This document shows positions 44,579-56,500 of a stretch of 64,000 nucleotides of DNA, in pieces. The first letter of the stretch is position 1; each line of letters starts with the position of its first letter. Source of the DNA: Terrimicrobiaceae bacterium (lineage in GTDB: Bacteria > Verrucomicrobiota > Verrucomicrobiia > Chthoniobacterales > JAATET01); NCBI GenBank assembly GCA_028713285.1, contig JAQTOP010000005.1:10682-74681 (forward strand). The letters are read 5' to 3'. The notes below the pieces were generated by a model. It was not told where the DNA came from and made no database searches. It was given only the letters and a program-made list of their open reading frames with translations. The translations under genes and the position numbers were made by a program.

Positions 44579-46621
44579 GTGAAGTGGACAGTCGAATCAC
44601 AAAACGCGAGGCGAGGGGCGTTTTACTCCAAAACTCGCGAACATTTGCATGAGGTGGTGGACGAAAATGGGGTCGGAAAGATTCCGCAGTTCAATCCGCC
44701 CTGGCGCGAGCCGGTTTGGATCCTTCCGGCGCTCTATACCGGGCCGCAAGAGTTTATCGACATCGCCAACAAAATGGTGGCGCGTTATCACGACCCGTTT
44801 GCCCCGGACGGAAAAAGCGCGAAAGCTTTCAACATTTTTCAGACCAATCATTTCTCCCATCTTTTGCATCGTTTTGGCGGCCATCTGACGCCTCCGGCGC
44901 GCGAAGTGATGACCTGGCAGGCCGAACAAGCGTGCAAGACGTTGCGCGGATCGGGCCAGCCGGACACGAAATTCCACGGTGCCAACGACAACATGCCCAT
45001 GATGGCTTCGCTGGGATTGATCCTGGCGGGCGAGGCGTTGGGCAATGAACGGGCCATCGAGCAAGGGATATGGAATCTGAACCAATTCCGGCGGCTTTTG
45101 TCGCGCGCGGCGTGGGCGTCGGAATTCAATTCCTCCACTTATTCCGCCGTGACGCTTTCTTCAGCGGCCCAGATCGCGACCTATTCGCGCGACGCGGGCA
45201 TCCGGCAATTGGCGCGGCAGATCGAGCACCGGCTCTGGGCGGAAATATTGCTGCATTACCATCCGGGCACTTTCTGCCAGGCCGGGCCACAGGCGCGGGC
45301 CTATTCGGTCGATCAAGCCGGCCACAACCATTCCGTGCAGGCACTGCTCTGGATGGTCTTTGGCGAGGAATCGACCGGACGCAATATCCTGGACAGTTAT
45401 TTCAACCCGGACGGCACGGAGGTGGTCCATTTCGAGGGAACGTATTTCCAGAACATCGCGGAGTATTGCCACTTCATGGACGCGGACTTTCAAGTGCCGG
45501 AGGAGTTGGCGGACCTGATCGTTCGCCGTCAATATCCGGCCCGGCTTCGCGGACGGGCGGAGATCATGGGCCGCTGTGAAAACATGGCGGCGGAAGGCCA
45601 GACCTGCACTTATATGGAGGAGGATTTTTCGCTTGGCAGCCTGAACGGCCCGTGGGTTGACGGTTCGCAGACGTTGAGCCTTTTCCTTACTTTCAAGCGA
45701 ATCGCGCGCCCTGAAGCGTGGCGCGACGCGGCGACGGCGTTTTTGAAATACATGGCGGACGACGTGAAGATGGGCGCGAAGGACCGCTCCGCGGATGGCA
45801 AATACGAGAGCGACCGGTTCATCCGCAACCTGGGCTGGTTTTACACCATCCAGAAAGACAACGTCGTGGCGGTGCTGGCGACTCCGAATTTGAAGGCTGC
45901 GCCATCGCCAACGAGCGCCTTGAAGTTGAAAGTCGTCTTTCCCGCGCATTATGGACGCATCTCCCGAAGCGTCATCGGCGACGGGCCGGTGATGGATGGC
46001 GCCGCGGGCGAGAGCGCCGAAGTCGTTCCGGTTTCCATCGAAGCAGGCCAGGTGTTCGTTCATCTCCAGCCGCTTCTTCCGACCAGCCTGCCTCGCGCGG
46101 CGGCGGTGCGGTTCGTGCGGGAGAATGAATACGAGGTTTTGGAGCTGATCAACTATGAAGGCCCTGAACGTGCCTTCAGCCGAACTGAACTTGCCCGGGC
46201 CTTGAATGGCCTGGTGATGACCGTGAAGGCAAAAAAGGAATTCGACTCGCTGGAGGAATTTCACACAAAAATGTCGCGCTCGCTCGTCACCGACTACTTC
46301 AGCCACGAACACCGGTTTTTCCTGTTCCAACGGGAGGACGTGGAATTCGACGTGCTCTATTCTCCCGATCCTTTCGGCGCCCAGACCGAGGCCATCGATG
46401 GACGGCACGTGCCGCGGCCGATTTTTCAGTCGAACCAAATCGACGTGGAGCGCCTTCCTTTCATGACTGGTCCGGTGGAGCGCAACCAGGCGTTCTTCCC
46501 TTGGGGAGATACGCTCGCCATGCCTCCGTGGCCAAATGCGTGGATGATCGGGTCGCGCGGATTGCCGGGCGAAGGAAATTATGCACGGCGAAACGACAAT
46601 CCCAACCTGGATTGTCTTTGA
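44579..46621 (+). CDS. Uncharacterised ~680-aa protein, paralog B
   Basis: Same family as 39335..41365 along the whole length, also in the C-terminal third ('YEVLELINYEGPERAF...LVTDYF' against 'YEVLRSTFYEGPARTF...LFTDYF'). The GTG at 44579 is the first plausible start after the upstream stop. The start is inferred. Confidence 0.75.
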   Translation: MKWTVESQNARRGAFYSKTREHLHEVVDENGVGKIPQFNPPWREPVWILPALYTGPQEFIDIANKMVARYHDPFAPDGKSAKAFNIFQTNHFSHLLHRFGGHLTPPAREVMTWQAEQACKTLRGSGQPDTKFHGANDNMPMMASLGLILAGEALGNERAIEQGIWNLNQFRRLLSRAAWASEFNSSTYSAVTLSSAAQIATYSRDAGIRQLARQIEHRLWAEILLHYHPGTFCQAGPQARAYSVDQAGHNHSVQALLWMVFGEESTGRNILDSYFNPDGTEVVHFEGTYFQNIAEYCHFMDADFQVPEELADLIVRRQYPARLRGRAEIMGRCENMAAEGQTCTYMEEDFSLGSLNGPWVDGSQTLSLFLTFKRIARPEAWRDAATAFLKYMADDVKMGAKDRSADGKYESDRFIRNLGWFYTIQKDNVVAVLATPNLKAAPSPTSALKLKVVFPAHYGRISRSVIGDGPVMDGAAGESAEVVPVSIEAGQVFVHLQPLLPTSLPRAAAVRFVRENEYEVLELINYEGPERAFSRTELARALNGLVMTVKAKKEFDSLEEFHTKMSRSLVTDYFSHEHRFFLFQREDVEFDVLYSPDPFGAQTEAIDGRHVPRPIFQSNQIDVERLPFMTGPVERNQAFFPWGDTLAMPPWPNAWMIGSRGLPGEGNYARRNDNPNLDCL

Positions 46622-46700
46622 AAACGAGTGTTCGACAGACCTTCAGGATCCTTGAGTCCAGGGCATGCCCGAATCGATCGTCCGTAACAGAGGTCAGGCG

Positions 46701-47531
46701 ATGAATTCCAGGTTGGACATTGATATTTCATTCTGCTGGCCGATTGCCGAATCCGTGACGCCCGAGGAAGGGTTGGCGCGTTTGCGGGAGGCTGGTTTTG
46801 AAGGGATCGAACTCTGGCCCCCGTCTCTGGAGAAATTTGGCGCGCAACGCTGGGCCACCGCGCTGGAGGCCACCGGAATGCGCTGTTTCCAACTTTGTCC
46901 GTATTTTGATTTTGTGCATGGGCCGGAGCGCATCGAGCAGAGCCGGGCGGATCTCCTGGCGTATCTGGAGGCGGCGGAGGCGATGAAATGCGAGCGGCTG
47001 CGCGTCTTTACGGGCCCCCCCTGGGGAGAGGGGGTGGTCGGCGCGTCCGAAGCGACGGAGGAACAGTGGCAGGCCGCCATCGAGGGATTGCGCGAGTTTT
47101 GTGATGTGGCGGCGCAGCGCGGGGTGGAGCTTTGTTTGGAATGCCACGAAGGCAGTCTGATGGAAGACGCCCCCTCTGCGCTGCGCATCTTGAATTCCGT
47201 GGATCGGAGCAATCTGACGGTCAATCTCCAGATTCCTTTTCCGAACGAGGACTGGAGAGTAAGCCTCGAAAAACTTGCGTCGCATACCACGCACATTCAT
47301 ATCCACAATTGGACGGAAGGGCCCGGCGCGGGGGAGCTGACTTTCCTCTCCGAGGGCGTATTCGATTGGCTTCCGGTGCTGGAGCGGATCCGCCGGGAGC
47401 GAAACCATGCGTCCCTGTGTTTGTCGATCGAACATGCGGATCATCATGGACGCCATGATCCCTGGGAGACCGCCCGCCGCGATGGACCATATTTGAGCCG
47501 GCTGCGGGGTGCATCATTACGCCCGGAGTAA
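46701..47531 (+). CDS. Sugar phosphate isomerase/epimerase (xylose isomerase-like TIM barrel, AP_endonuc_2 fold)
   Basis: 'AGFEGIELW', 'CERLRVFTGP', 'GVELCLECHEGSL' and 'HIHIHNW' are typical metal-ligand-bearing strands of this fold. Confidence 0.8.
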   Translation: MNSRLDIDISFCWPIAESVTPEEGLARLREAGFEGIELWPPSLEKFGAQRWATALEATGMRCFQLCPYFDFVHGPERIEQSRADLLAYLEAAEAMKCERLRVFTGPPWGEGVVGASEATEEQWQAAIEGLREFCDVAAQRGVELCLECHEGSLMEDAPSALRILNSVDRSNLTVNLQIPFPNEDWRVSLEKLASHTTHIHIHNWTEGPGAGELTFLSEGVFDWLPVLERIRRERNHASLCLSIEHADHHGRHDPWETARRDGPYLSRLRGASLRPE

Positions 47532-47897
47532 GCTCTGCCGGGTTGTCCGGCCGTCAAGGAAGGCCGAAGTATGTGCTAACTCGGAGGATCGCGGCGGGTG
47601 AATAGTCGTTTTCGGGCGGATGCAGAGCGTCGGACCGTGGATGAACGGAACCAGGTCACTCCGTCGCAGGCTTGCGGTTGTCTTCAGGCGTGTCGCAGCA
47701 GGGGGGATCGCCGGGATACGGGCCATTCGAAAGGAAGGATTTCGCCTCTTCCGGAAGTGCCGGCCGCCAGTTTCCGCCACTCAAACGCCGGGGCGCGCCA
47801 CATTTGTGAGCGGGGAGTCGCACCCTTTGCAGTCATCGCATCCCAGGCAGCTTGAGTATCGAGAGTATTGCTTGAAGTTGATTTTGCCGCAGACAGG

Positions 47898-48536
47898 ATG
47901 GTCGCCGTGAGTCCCTTGTCTTCGCGCATCCGCATGTTGAGGCTCCGGCAGCAGCGCACTTTGTCGGACGTTGCGAAGCGATGCGGGTTCACCGCCAGCC
48001 TTCTCTCCAAGATCGAGTCAGGGAAGACGTCCCCGCCGATTGCGACGCTTGCAAAGATCGCGGAAGCACTCGGGGTGGGCCTTGGGAACCTGCTTGATGG
48101 AAAACAGGACAGCTCGACGGTTCTGACCCTCGCCCAACATCGGGCGGTGAATTTGGCGACGGAGACGGATAAAGGATACGGTTTTCATCTCCTGGCCGCG
48201 GAGCGGGCGGATAAAATCATGCAGCCGTTCATTTTTGTCGCGGAACGCGGCAGGATCAAACCGGGCGTGATGGCCCATTGCGGGGAGGAGTTCGTCTATG
48301 TTCTGGAGGGCAGGATGCGATACAGCGTCGGCAAGATCACCTATTCACTTGGACCGGGCGACTCGCTCTATTTCAGCTCGGAGGAGGAACATGACCTCGA
48401 GCCCGTGACCGCAAAGGTCAAATATCTCGCGGTTTTTGTCGAACGGGTTCAGCCCGTGAAGAAGGCTTCGCCAACAACGAAAAGCAGGGCGCGGCGGCGG
48501 CGCGATCCGCCAGCATCGCCGGCCAGCCGGGCGTGA
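47898..48536 (+). CDS. XRE-family transcriptional regulator with C-terminal cupin domain
   Basis: HTH 'IRMLRLRQQRTLSDVAKRCGFTASLLSKIESGKTSPPIATLAKIAEALGV', then cupin 'HCGEEFVYVLEGRMRYSVGKITYSLGPGDSLYFSSEEEH'. The basic C-terminal tail is atypical. Confidence 0.8.
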   Translation: MVAVSPLSSRIRMLRLRQQRTLSDVAKRCGFTASLLSKIESGKTSPPIATLAKIAEALGVGLGNLLDGKQDSSTVLTLAQHRAVNLATETDKGYGFHLLAAERADKIMQPFIFVAERGRIKPGVMAHCGEEFVYVLEGRMRYSVGKITYSLGPGDSLYFSSEEEHDLEPVTAKVKYLAVFVERVQPVKKASPTTKSRARRRRDPPASPASRA

Positions 48537-48548
48537 GTTGCCCGGCGG

Positions 48549-51027
<2,479 letters not shown>

Positions 51028-51038
<11 letters not shown>

Positions 51039-52152
51039 CGGGTTCCTTGGTTGCCTCGGTTGGTTTCGGAATCGAGACTTTCGTCATGTCCGGTTCCGGA
51101 AGCTGTTTTAGTGTCGCGCGAATGAGGGCCGCCCGCAAGGCATCGCGTGCCTCGGCAGTCATTTTCTGGCCCTGGGCGCCCTTCTGCAAATGCGCGGGCT
51201 GCGTCTCGATGAACAACTCGTCGATCATCACGCGGGCGCTGTCGGGAAAAAGGCCGAGGTCGGTGCCGAGCTTGAGGACCGAGAGGAGGTTGAGAGCCTC
51301 CTTCGAGGTCATGCTGTGGGCGTTGCAGAGGATGCCGTAGGCGCGGCCGATCTGATCGAGCACGGTGGTCGCACGGCGCTCGACGAGGGCCTGTCGGGCG
51401 TTTTCTTCGTGCTCGACGATGTGGACGATGACTTCGTGGAGCCGGTCAATGATTTGCTCTTCGCTCTCACCGAGCGTGGTCTGGTTCGAGACCTGGAAGA
51501 GATTTCCCATGGCCTCCGTGCCTTCGCCATGGAGGCCGCGCACGGCAAGGCCGATCTTGTTTACCGAATTGATGATCTTGTTGATCTGATCGCTCATCAC
51601 GAGGCCGGGGAGGTGCAGCATGGCGGAAGCGCGCATGCCCGTGCCGACATTGGTGGGGCACGCGGTGAGGTAGCCGAGATTTTCGTGGTAGGCGAAGTCG
51701 AGCCGGGTCGCGAGCTCGGTGTCGCATCGATCGACCATCGCGTAGGCCTCGCGGAGCTGGAGCCCGCAACGAATGGCCTGCATGCGAAGGTGGTCTTCCT
51801 CGTTGATCATGAAACTGAGGGTCTGTTCCGCGTTCATGACGACGGCACTTCCCGCGCCCTTGGCGGCATGTTCGCGGCTGATCAGATGCCTTTCCACAAG
51901 CACCTGCCGTTCCAACGCGGTGAGCTCGGTGAGATTCTGCACGCAGGCGTCGTGCATCTCCGGCAACAATTCGATGGCGGGCCGGATCAACCCCAGCGTC
52001 TCGACGCGTTCGGCGCGTTTCGCCCAGCCGGGAAAGGCGGTGCGGGTGAGATTTCGTGCGAGGCGGATGCGGCTGCTCACGACGACCTGCCGGTGTGGGC
52101 CGTCGCCCGAGAGCCATTCCCCCGCATTTGAGATGATGCGGGAGAGCTTCAT
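51028..52152 (-). CDS. mcsB: Protein arginine kinase McsB (ATP:guanido phosphotransferase)
   Basis: 'VVVSSRIRLARNL', 'EEDHLRMQ', 'LGYLTACPTNVGTGMRASAMLHLPGL' and 'GEGTEA..NLFQVSNQ' are phosphagen-kinase catalytic blocks. Confidence 0.9.
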
Positions 52153-52640
52153 GGCGTGAGTTCGGTCTCGATCTGGCGGATCTGGTCGCGGAGATCGGCG
52201 GCTTCCTCGTATTTTTCGGTGGCCACGGCTTCGTCGAGGGTCATCTGGAGTGATTTCATTTTTGCGGCGAGTTCACGCCTGCGGGCGTGGCCGCCCGGGG
52301 CCTTTCCGACATGGGTCGTGCCCTTGTGCATGTTTGCGAGCATGCCGGCGAGACCGTCGGCGAACGTCGTGTAACATTCGCTGCAACCGAGGCGGCCGGT
52401 CTTCTTGAAGTCCGCCTGGGTGAAGCCGCAGACCGGGCATTTGTGCGCGGCAGGGCTCTTGTCCAATTGCTGCGCGGCGCCGAGGCCCAACAGCAGGTCC
52501 GCGAGCGCGAAGCCCGTGGGGTCGTTCACGCCCTTGGCTTTCGAGCACGCTTCGCAGAGATTCACCTTCTGCATCTTCCCCTCCACGATCTGCGTGAGGA
52601 AGACGCTCGCGTCCTTCTCGCCGCATACGTCGCACTGCAT
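52149..52640 (-). CDS. mcsA: McsA-like activator (zinc-ribbon CxxC pairs plus C-terminal UVR motif)
   Basis: 'MQCDVCGEK...LCEAC', 'CPVCG...LGCSECY', and UVR 'LDEAVATEKYEEAADLRDQIRQIE'. It overlaps the mcsB start by 4 nt. Confidence 0.85.
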   Translation of the reverse strand: MQCDVCGEKDASVFLTQIVEGKMQKVNLCEACSKAKGVNDPTGFALADLLLGLGAAQQLDKSPAAHKCPVCGFTQADFKKTGRLGCSECYTTFADGLAGMLANMHKGTTHVGKAPGGHARRRELAAKMKSLQMTLDEAVATEKYEEAADLRDQIRQIETELTP

Positions 52641-52642
52641 GC

Positions 52643-53512
52643 CTAATCAATCACCGTGCCGGTGGTCTGTGTCAACTCATGGAAGCGTGTCATCAGCCGC
52701 CGCGTGATCGGGCCGGGTCTGCCGTCGCCGATGGTTCGGCGGTCCAGCGTGACGACGGGAATCAGCTCCGCCGCCGTGCCGGTGAGGAAGCACTCGTCGG
52801 CGGTGAAGAGATCGTAGCGCGTGACGTCGGGTTCGCTGATCGGGATGCCGGCCTCGGCGGCCATTTCAAAGACGACGCCGCGCGTGACGCCCGCGAGCGC
52901 GCCCGAGGCGATGGGCGGCGTGAAAAGCCGGCCGCGCTTCACGAGAAAAATGTTATCGCCGGTGCATTCGGCGACGTAGCCCTGCTCGTTGAGCATGAGC
53001 CCCTCGCCGGCGCCGGCGTTGGCCGCCTCGATTTTTGCGAGGACGTTGTTGAGGTAATTCAACGACTTCACCATCGGGCTGAGCGCGCCGTGCGGGATGC
53101 GCCGCGTCGCGCAGGTCACGACCATGAGGCCGTTCTCGTAGTTGTCGGCGGGGTAGAGTGTGATCTTTGCCGCGATGATGATGATCGTCGCCTTCGGACA
53201 AAGCGCGGGATTCAGGCCGAGATCACCGTCGCCCCGGGTGACGACGAGGCGCACGTAGCCGTCGCGCAGCTCGTTGCGGCGGATGGTCTCGATCGTCGTC
53301 GCGATGAGCGCGGGTTTGTCGAGCGGGATGTCGAGGCAAATGGCGCGGGCGGAGTCGTAGAGGCGGTCGATGTGCTCCTCGAGGCGGAAGACGCGGCCAT
53401 TGTAAAAGCGGATGCCCTCGAAGACGCCGTCGCCGTAAAGCAGGCCGTGGTCGAATACCGAAACCTTCGCGTGTTCCTTCTCGTGGAACTCTCCATCTAT
53501 ATAAATCTTCAT
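52643..53512 (-). CDS. ilvE: Branched-chain amino acid aminotransferase (class IV PLP enzyme)
   Basis: 'HGLLYGDGVFEGIRFYNGRVFRLEEHIDRLYDSA', 'YVRLVVTRG', 'VKSLNYLNNVLAK' and 'ECTGDNIFLVK'. Confidence 0.9.
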   Translation of the reverse strand: MKIYIDGEFHEKEHAKVSVFDHGLLYGDGVFEGIRFYNGRVFRLEEHIDRLYDSARAICLDIPLDKPALIATTIETIRRNELRDGYVRLVVTRGDGDLGLNPALCPKATIIIIAAKITLYPADNYENGLMVVTCATRRIPHGALSPMVKSLNYLNNVLAKIEAANAGAGEGLMLNEQGYVAECTGDNIFLVKRGRLFTPPIASGALAGVTRGVVFEMAAEAGIPISEPDVTRYDLFTADECFLTGTAAELIPVVTLDRRTIGDGRPGPITRRLMTRFHELTQTTGTVID

Positions 53513-53582
53513 GCCGGTTGCATCCCGCGCCCTGCGGAGAGGGGAATATGCACACCGCCCGCGCGAGTGACAAGATTGGCCT

Positions 53583-56500
53583 TCATGCGTCCGCGCGCCG
53601 CGTGTAGGCGTGGAGCACGCGCGAGAGGGCGTCGCGCCGCAACGGCTTTGTGAGGTAGTCGTTCATTCCCGCTTCCATGCAGCGTTCGCGGTCGCCCAGC
53701 ATGGCATCGGCGGTGAGCGCGACGATGGCCAGCGGCGGATCGTTTGCGACCTCCAGAGAACGGATGTGGCGGGTGGCTTCCAGCCCGTCCATGCCCGGCA
53801 TTTGCACGTCCATCAGCACGAGATCGAACCGCTCGGAGGCCACCTTCTCGAAGCACTCGGCCGCGCTCGCGGCGGTGTCCGACTCCGCGCCGAGGTGATG
53901 CAGGAGGTGCGACGTGAGGCGGCGGTTGAGCGTGTTGTCGTCCACGATGAGGACGCGAGGCGGACGGCCGGTGAAATACTCGTCCGCATCGAGGGAGAAG
54001 AGTTCCACGTCGGGCGCGCCGGCATGGCCGGCTATCTGGTCCTCCGTGGGAAGGATCGCCGGCAGTTCGAGATAAAACGCAGCGCCCGGGGCGTCGCGAT
54101 CCTCGATCCCGAGATCGCCTCCGAGCAGCGTCGAGAGCCGCTTGCTGATCGCCAGCCCGAGCCCCGTGCCGCCGAATCGCCGCGTCGTCGAGGAATCCGC
54201 CTGCGTGAAAGGCTGGAACAGCCGCTCCCGTTGATCCGCGCGGATGCCGATGCCCGTGTCCGACACCACGATGCGAATGCGTCCCTCGGCCCGGTCACTG
54301 GCCGCGGGCAGGAAGGACGCGCTGACGACGACTCCTCCCTGGGAGGTGAATTTCACGGCATTTCCGACGAGGTTCACGAGAATCTGCCGCAGGCGCGATC
54401 CGTCGGAGAGGACATAGCGCGGCAGATCGGCGGCGATTTTCACGGCGAGGCTCAATCTCTTGCCCGTTGCGTGGGGCTGGTGGAGATCGAGCACTTCCCG
54501 AATGCATTGCGGCAGGTCGATGGCGCGGATTTCGACCTCCAAGCGGCCCGATTCGATTTTCGAAAAATCGAGGATGTCGTTGAGCAGCACCAGCAGCGCG
54601 TCGCCGCTGCCCTTGATCGTCTGGAGATAGTCGCGCTGTGTGTGGGTGAGCGAGGTGTCGAGCACCAGGTCCGCGAAGCCGAGCACGCTGTTGAGCGGCG
54701 TGCGGATCTCGTGGCTCATCATCGCGAGGAAGTTTCCCTTCGCGCGCCCCGCGGTCTCGGCGGCCTCTTTTTGCAGGAGGAGTTCCTGTTCGTAGGCGCG
54801 GTGCTGGGTGATGTCGAGCGAGGCGCCGCGATAGCCGATGATTTTGCCCGAGGAGTCGTAGCTGGGCACGCCACTCACGCTGATCCAAAGCAGCGAGCCG
54901 TCCGACCGTCGCACGCGATGCTCGAAATGTCGAAACGACATGCCGGCGCCGAAGATCGCTTCGGATTTCTCCCGCACCCCGGCCAGATCCTCCTCCGGCA
55001 CGAACTCAAACGGTGTGCGTCCCATCACGGCCTCCGGGTCCAGGCCCAGCACTTCGATCACACGGCGCGAGGCGTATGTGTAGCGATTCTCGCAATCGAC
55101 CTCCCAGATGAATTCGCCGATGGCCTCGCTCACGTCGCGAAACCGCTGCTCGCTCGCGATGAGCTGCGCCTGCGCATGCTTGGTCGATGAGATGTCGTAG
55201 CAGGCGATCAGCAGGACCTCCCGTTCCTGGAACAGGGCGTGCCGCAGGAAGACATCGCAATCGACCAGTGAGCCATCCAGTCGGACGAACTGCCACTCGA
55301 AGTGGCCGATTCCCGTCTCGAGCGCGGCAAGGACGTGATCCGACCAGCCCACGGCCGAGAGCCCCTGCGTGGGCTGGCGGCGCGGCCAGAGCGTCTGCAC
55401 CGGCTGGGCGAGCAGCGTCTCCCGGTCGGGCGCGCCGAACAATGCGACTGCCGCCGGGTTCGCATCCACGATCGAGTCGCCGTCGAAGGCCACGTGCGCG
55501 GTCGCGCTCTCGTCGAAAAACAACCGCAGCGTTTCCTCCGCCGTGAGATCAGTGAGCGCGCCCGCGAACTGGATACCCCCGGAGCCGGTCTGCACCGGTT
55601 GGTTGCGGTCGAGCACCCAAATCCACGAGTCATCGCTGCGATGCACGCGGTATTCGATTTGCATCGGGAGCGATTCGCGCGCCGCCTCGTCCAGCGCGGC
55701 CTCGTAGCGCAGGCGGTCGTCGGGGTGCAAGCGTTCGCACCAGGCCTCCCTGCTCTCGCCGTCCGGATCCGGAGGGAAGCCGAGCAAGGAAGCGGCGTTG
55801 CCCCGCCAGCGGAACCGATCCGCTCTCGGGTCGAACGTGTAAACCGCCTCGCCGAGCGACATGATGATCGCCTCCTCGGTGCGGTGCGTTTCCTCGAGTA
55901 ATTCCTGCGCCACCGCCGAGCGCTCGCGGATGCGGTGGACGACGAATGCCGACCCCGCGCCGGCGGCCACCGCCAGCAGGCAGGTGAGCAGGAGCGATTG
56001 CCGGATGCTCGCGATGCTGATTTGCAGGCGGTTCACGTCCGCTTCGATGCCGACCGCGCCGACCGGATGCTTCTCCGCGTCCAGGATCAACGCGAAGGCC
56101 GTGGTCTCGACGCCGTCGTTCGTGATCCATGGCGCGTCGCCGGCGGGCATCTGCCCGCCATGGAGATAATGCTTGAGCGCCTGGAGCGCGTGCGGCGGCA
56201 GCGGCCGCGTGGACGGAGCCTCGCCCGGCCTGCCGGTATCGACCCGCGTGAGCTTCTCGGTGTCATCGAGCGCGAAGGTGTAGATGCGCCGCACTTCCTC
56301 GCTGTTGTCGCGAATGAACTTGAGGCCTCCCACCTGCTGCTCGGCGATCGGCGCGCGCTGCGCTTCCGGGAGCCTTACAATCGTTTTCTGCGTGTCGGCG
56401 CTGAAGTGCCCGAACCGCACCGCCAGCTCCTCGACGTGCCGCTGAATGTCCGCGATCTTTTCGTCGCGCGCCCGCGCATATACGATCCAGGCGCCGAGGC

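Noticed and set aside
47532-47867. Small ORFs (85-108 aa on both strands) in the 336-bp spacer before the XRE-cupin regulator
   Set aside because: They mutually overlap and are rich in R, S and P. They have no start context or motifs. The region more likely contains the regulator's promoter, and no structured RNA was convincingly identified either.
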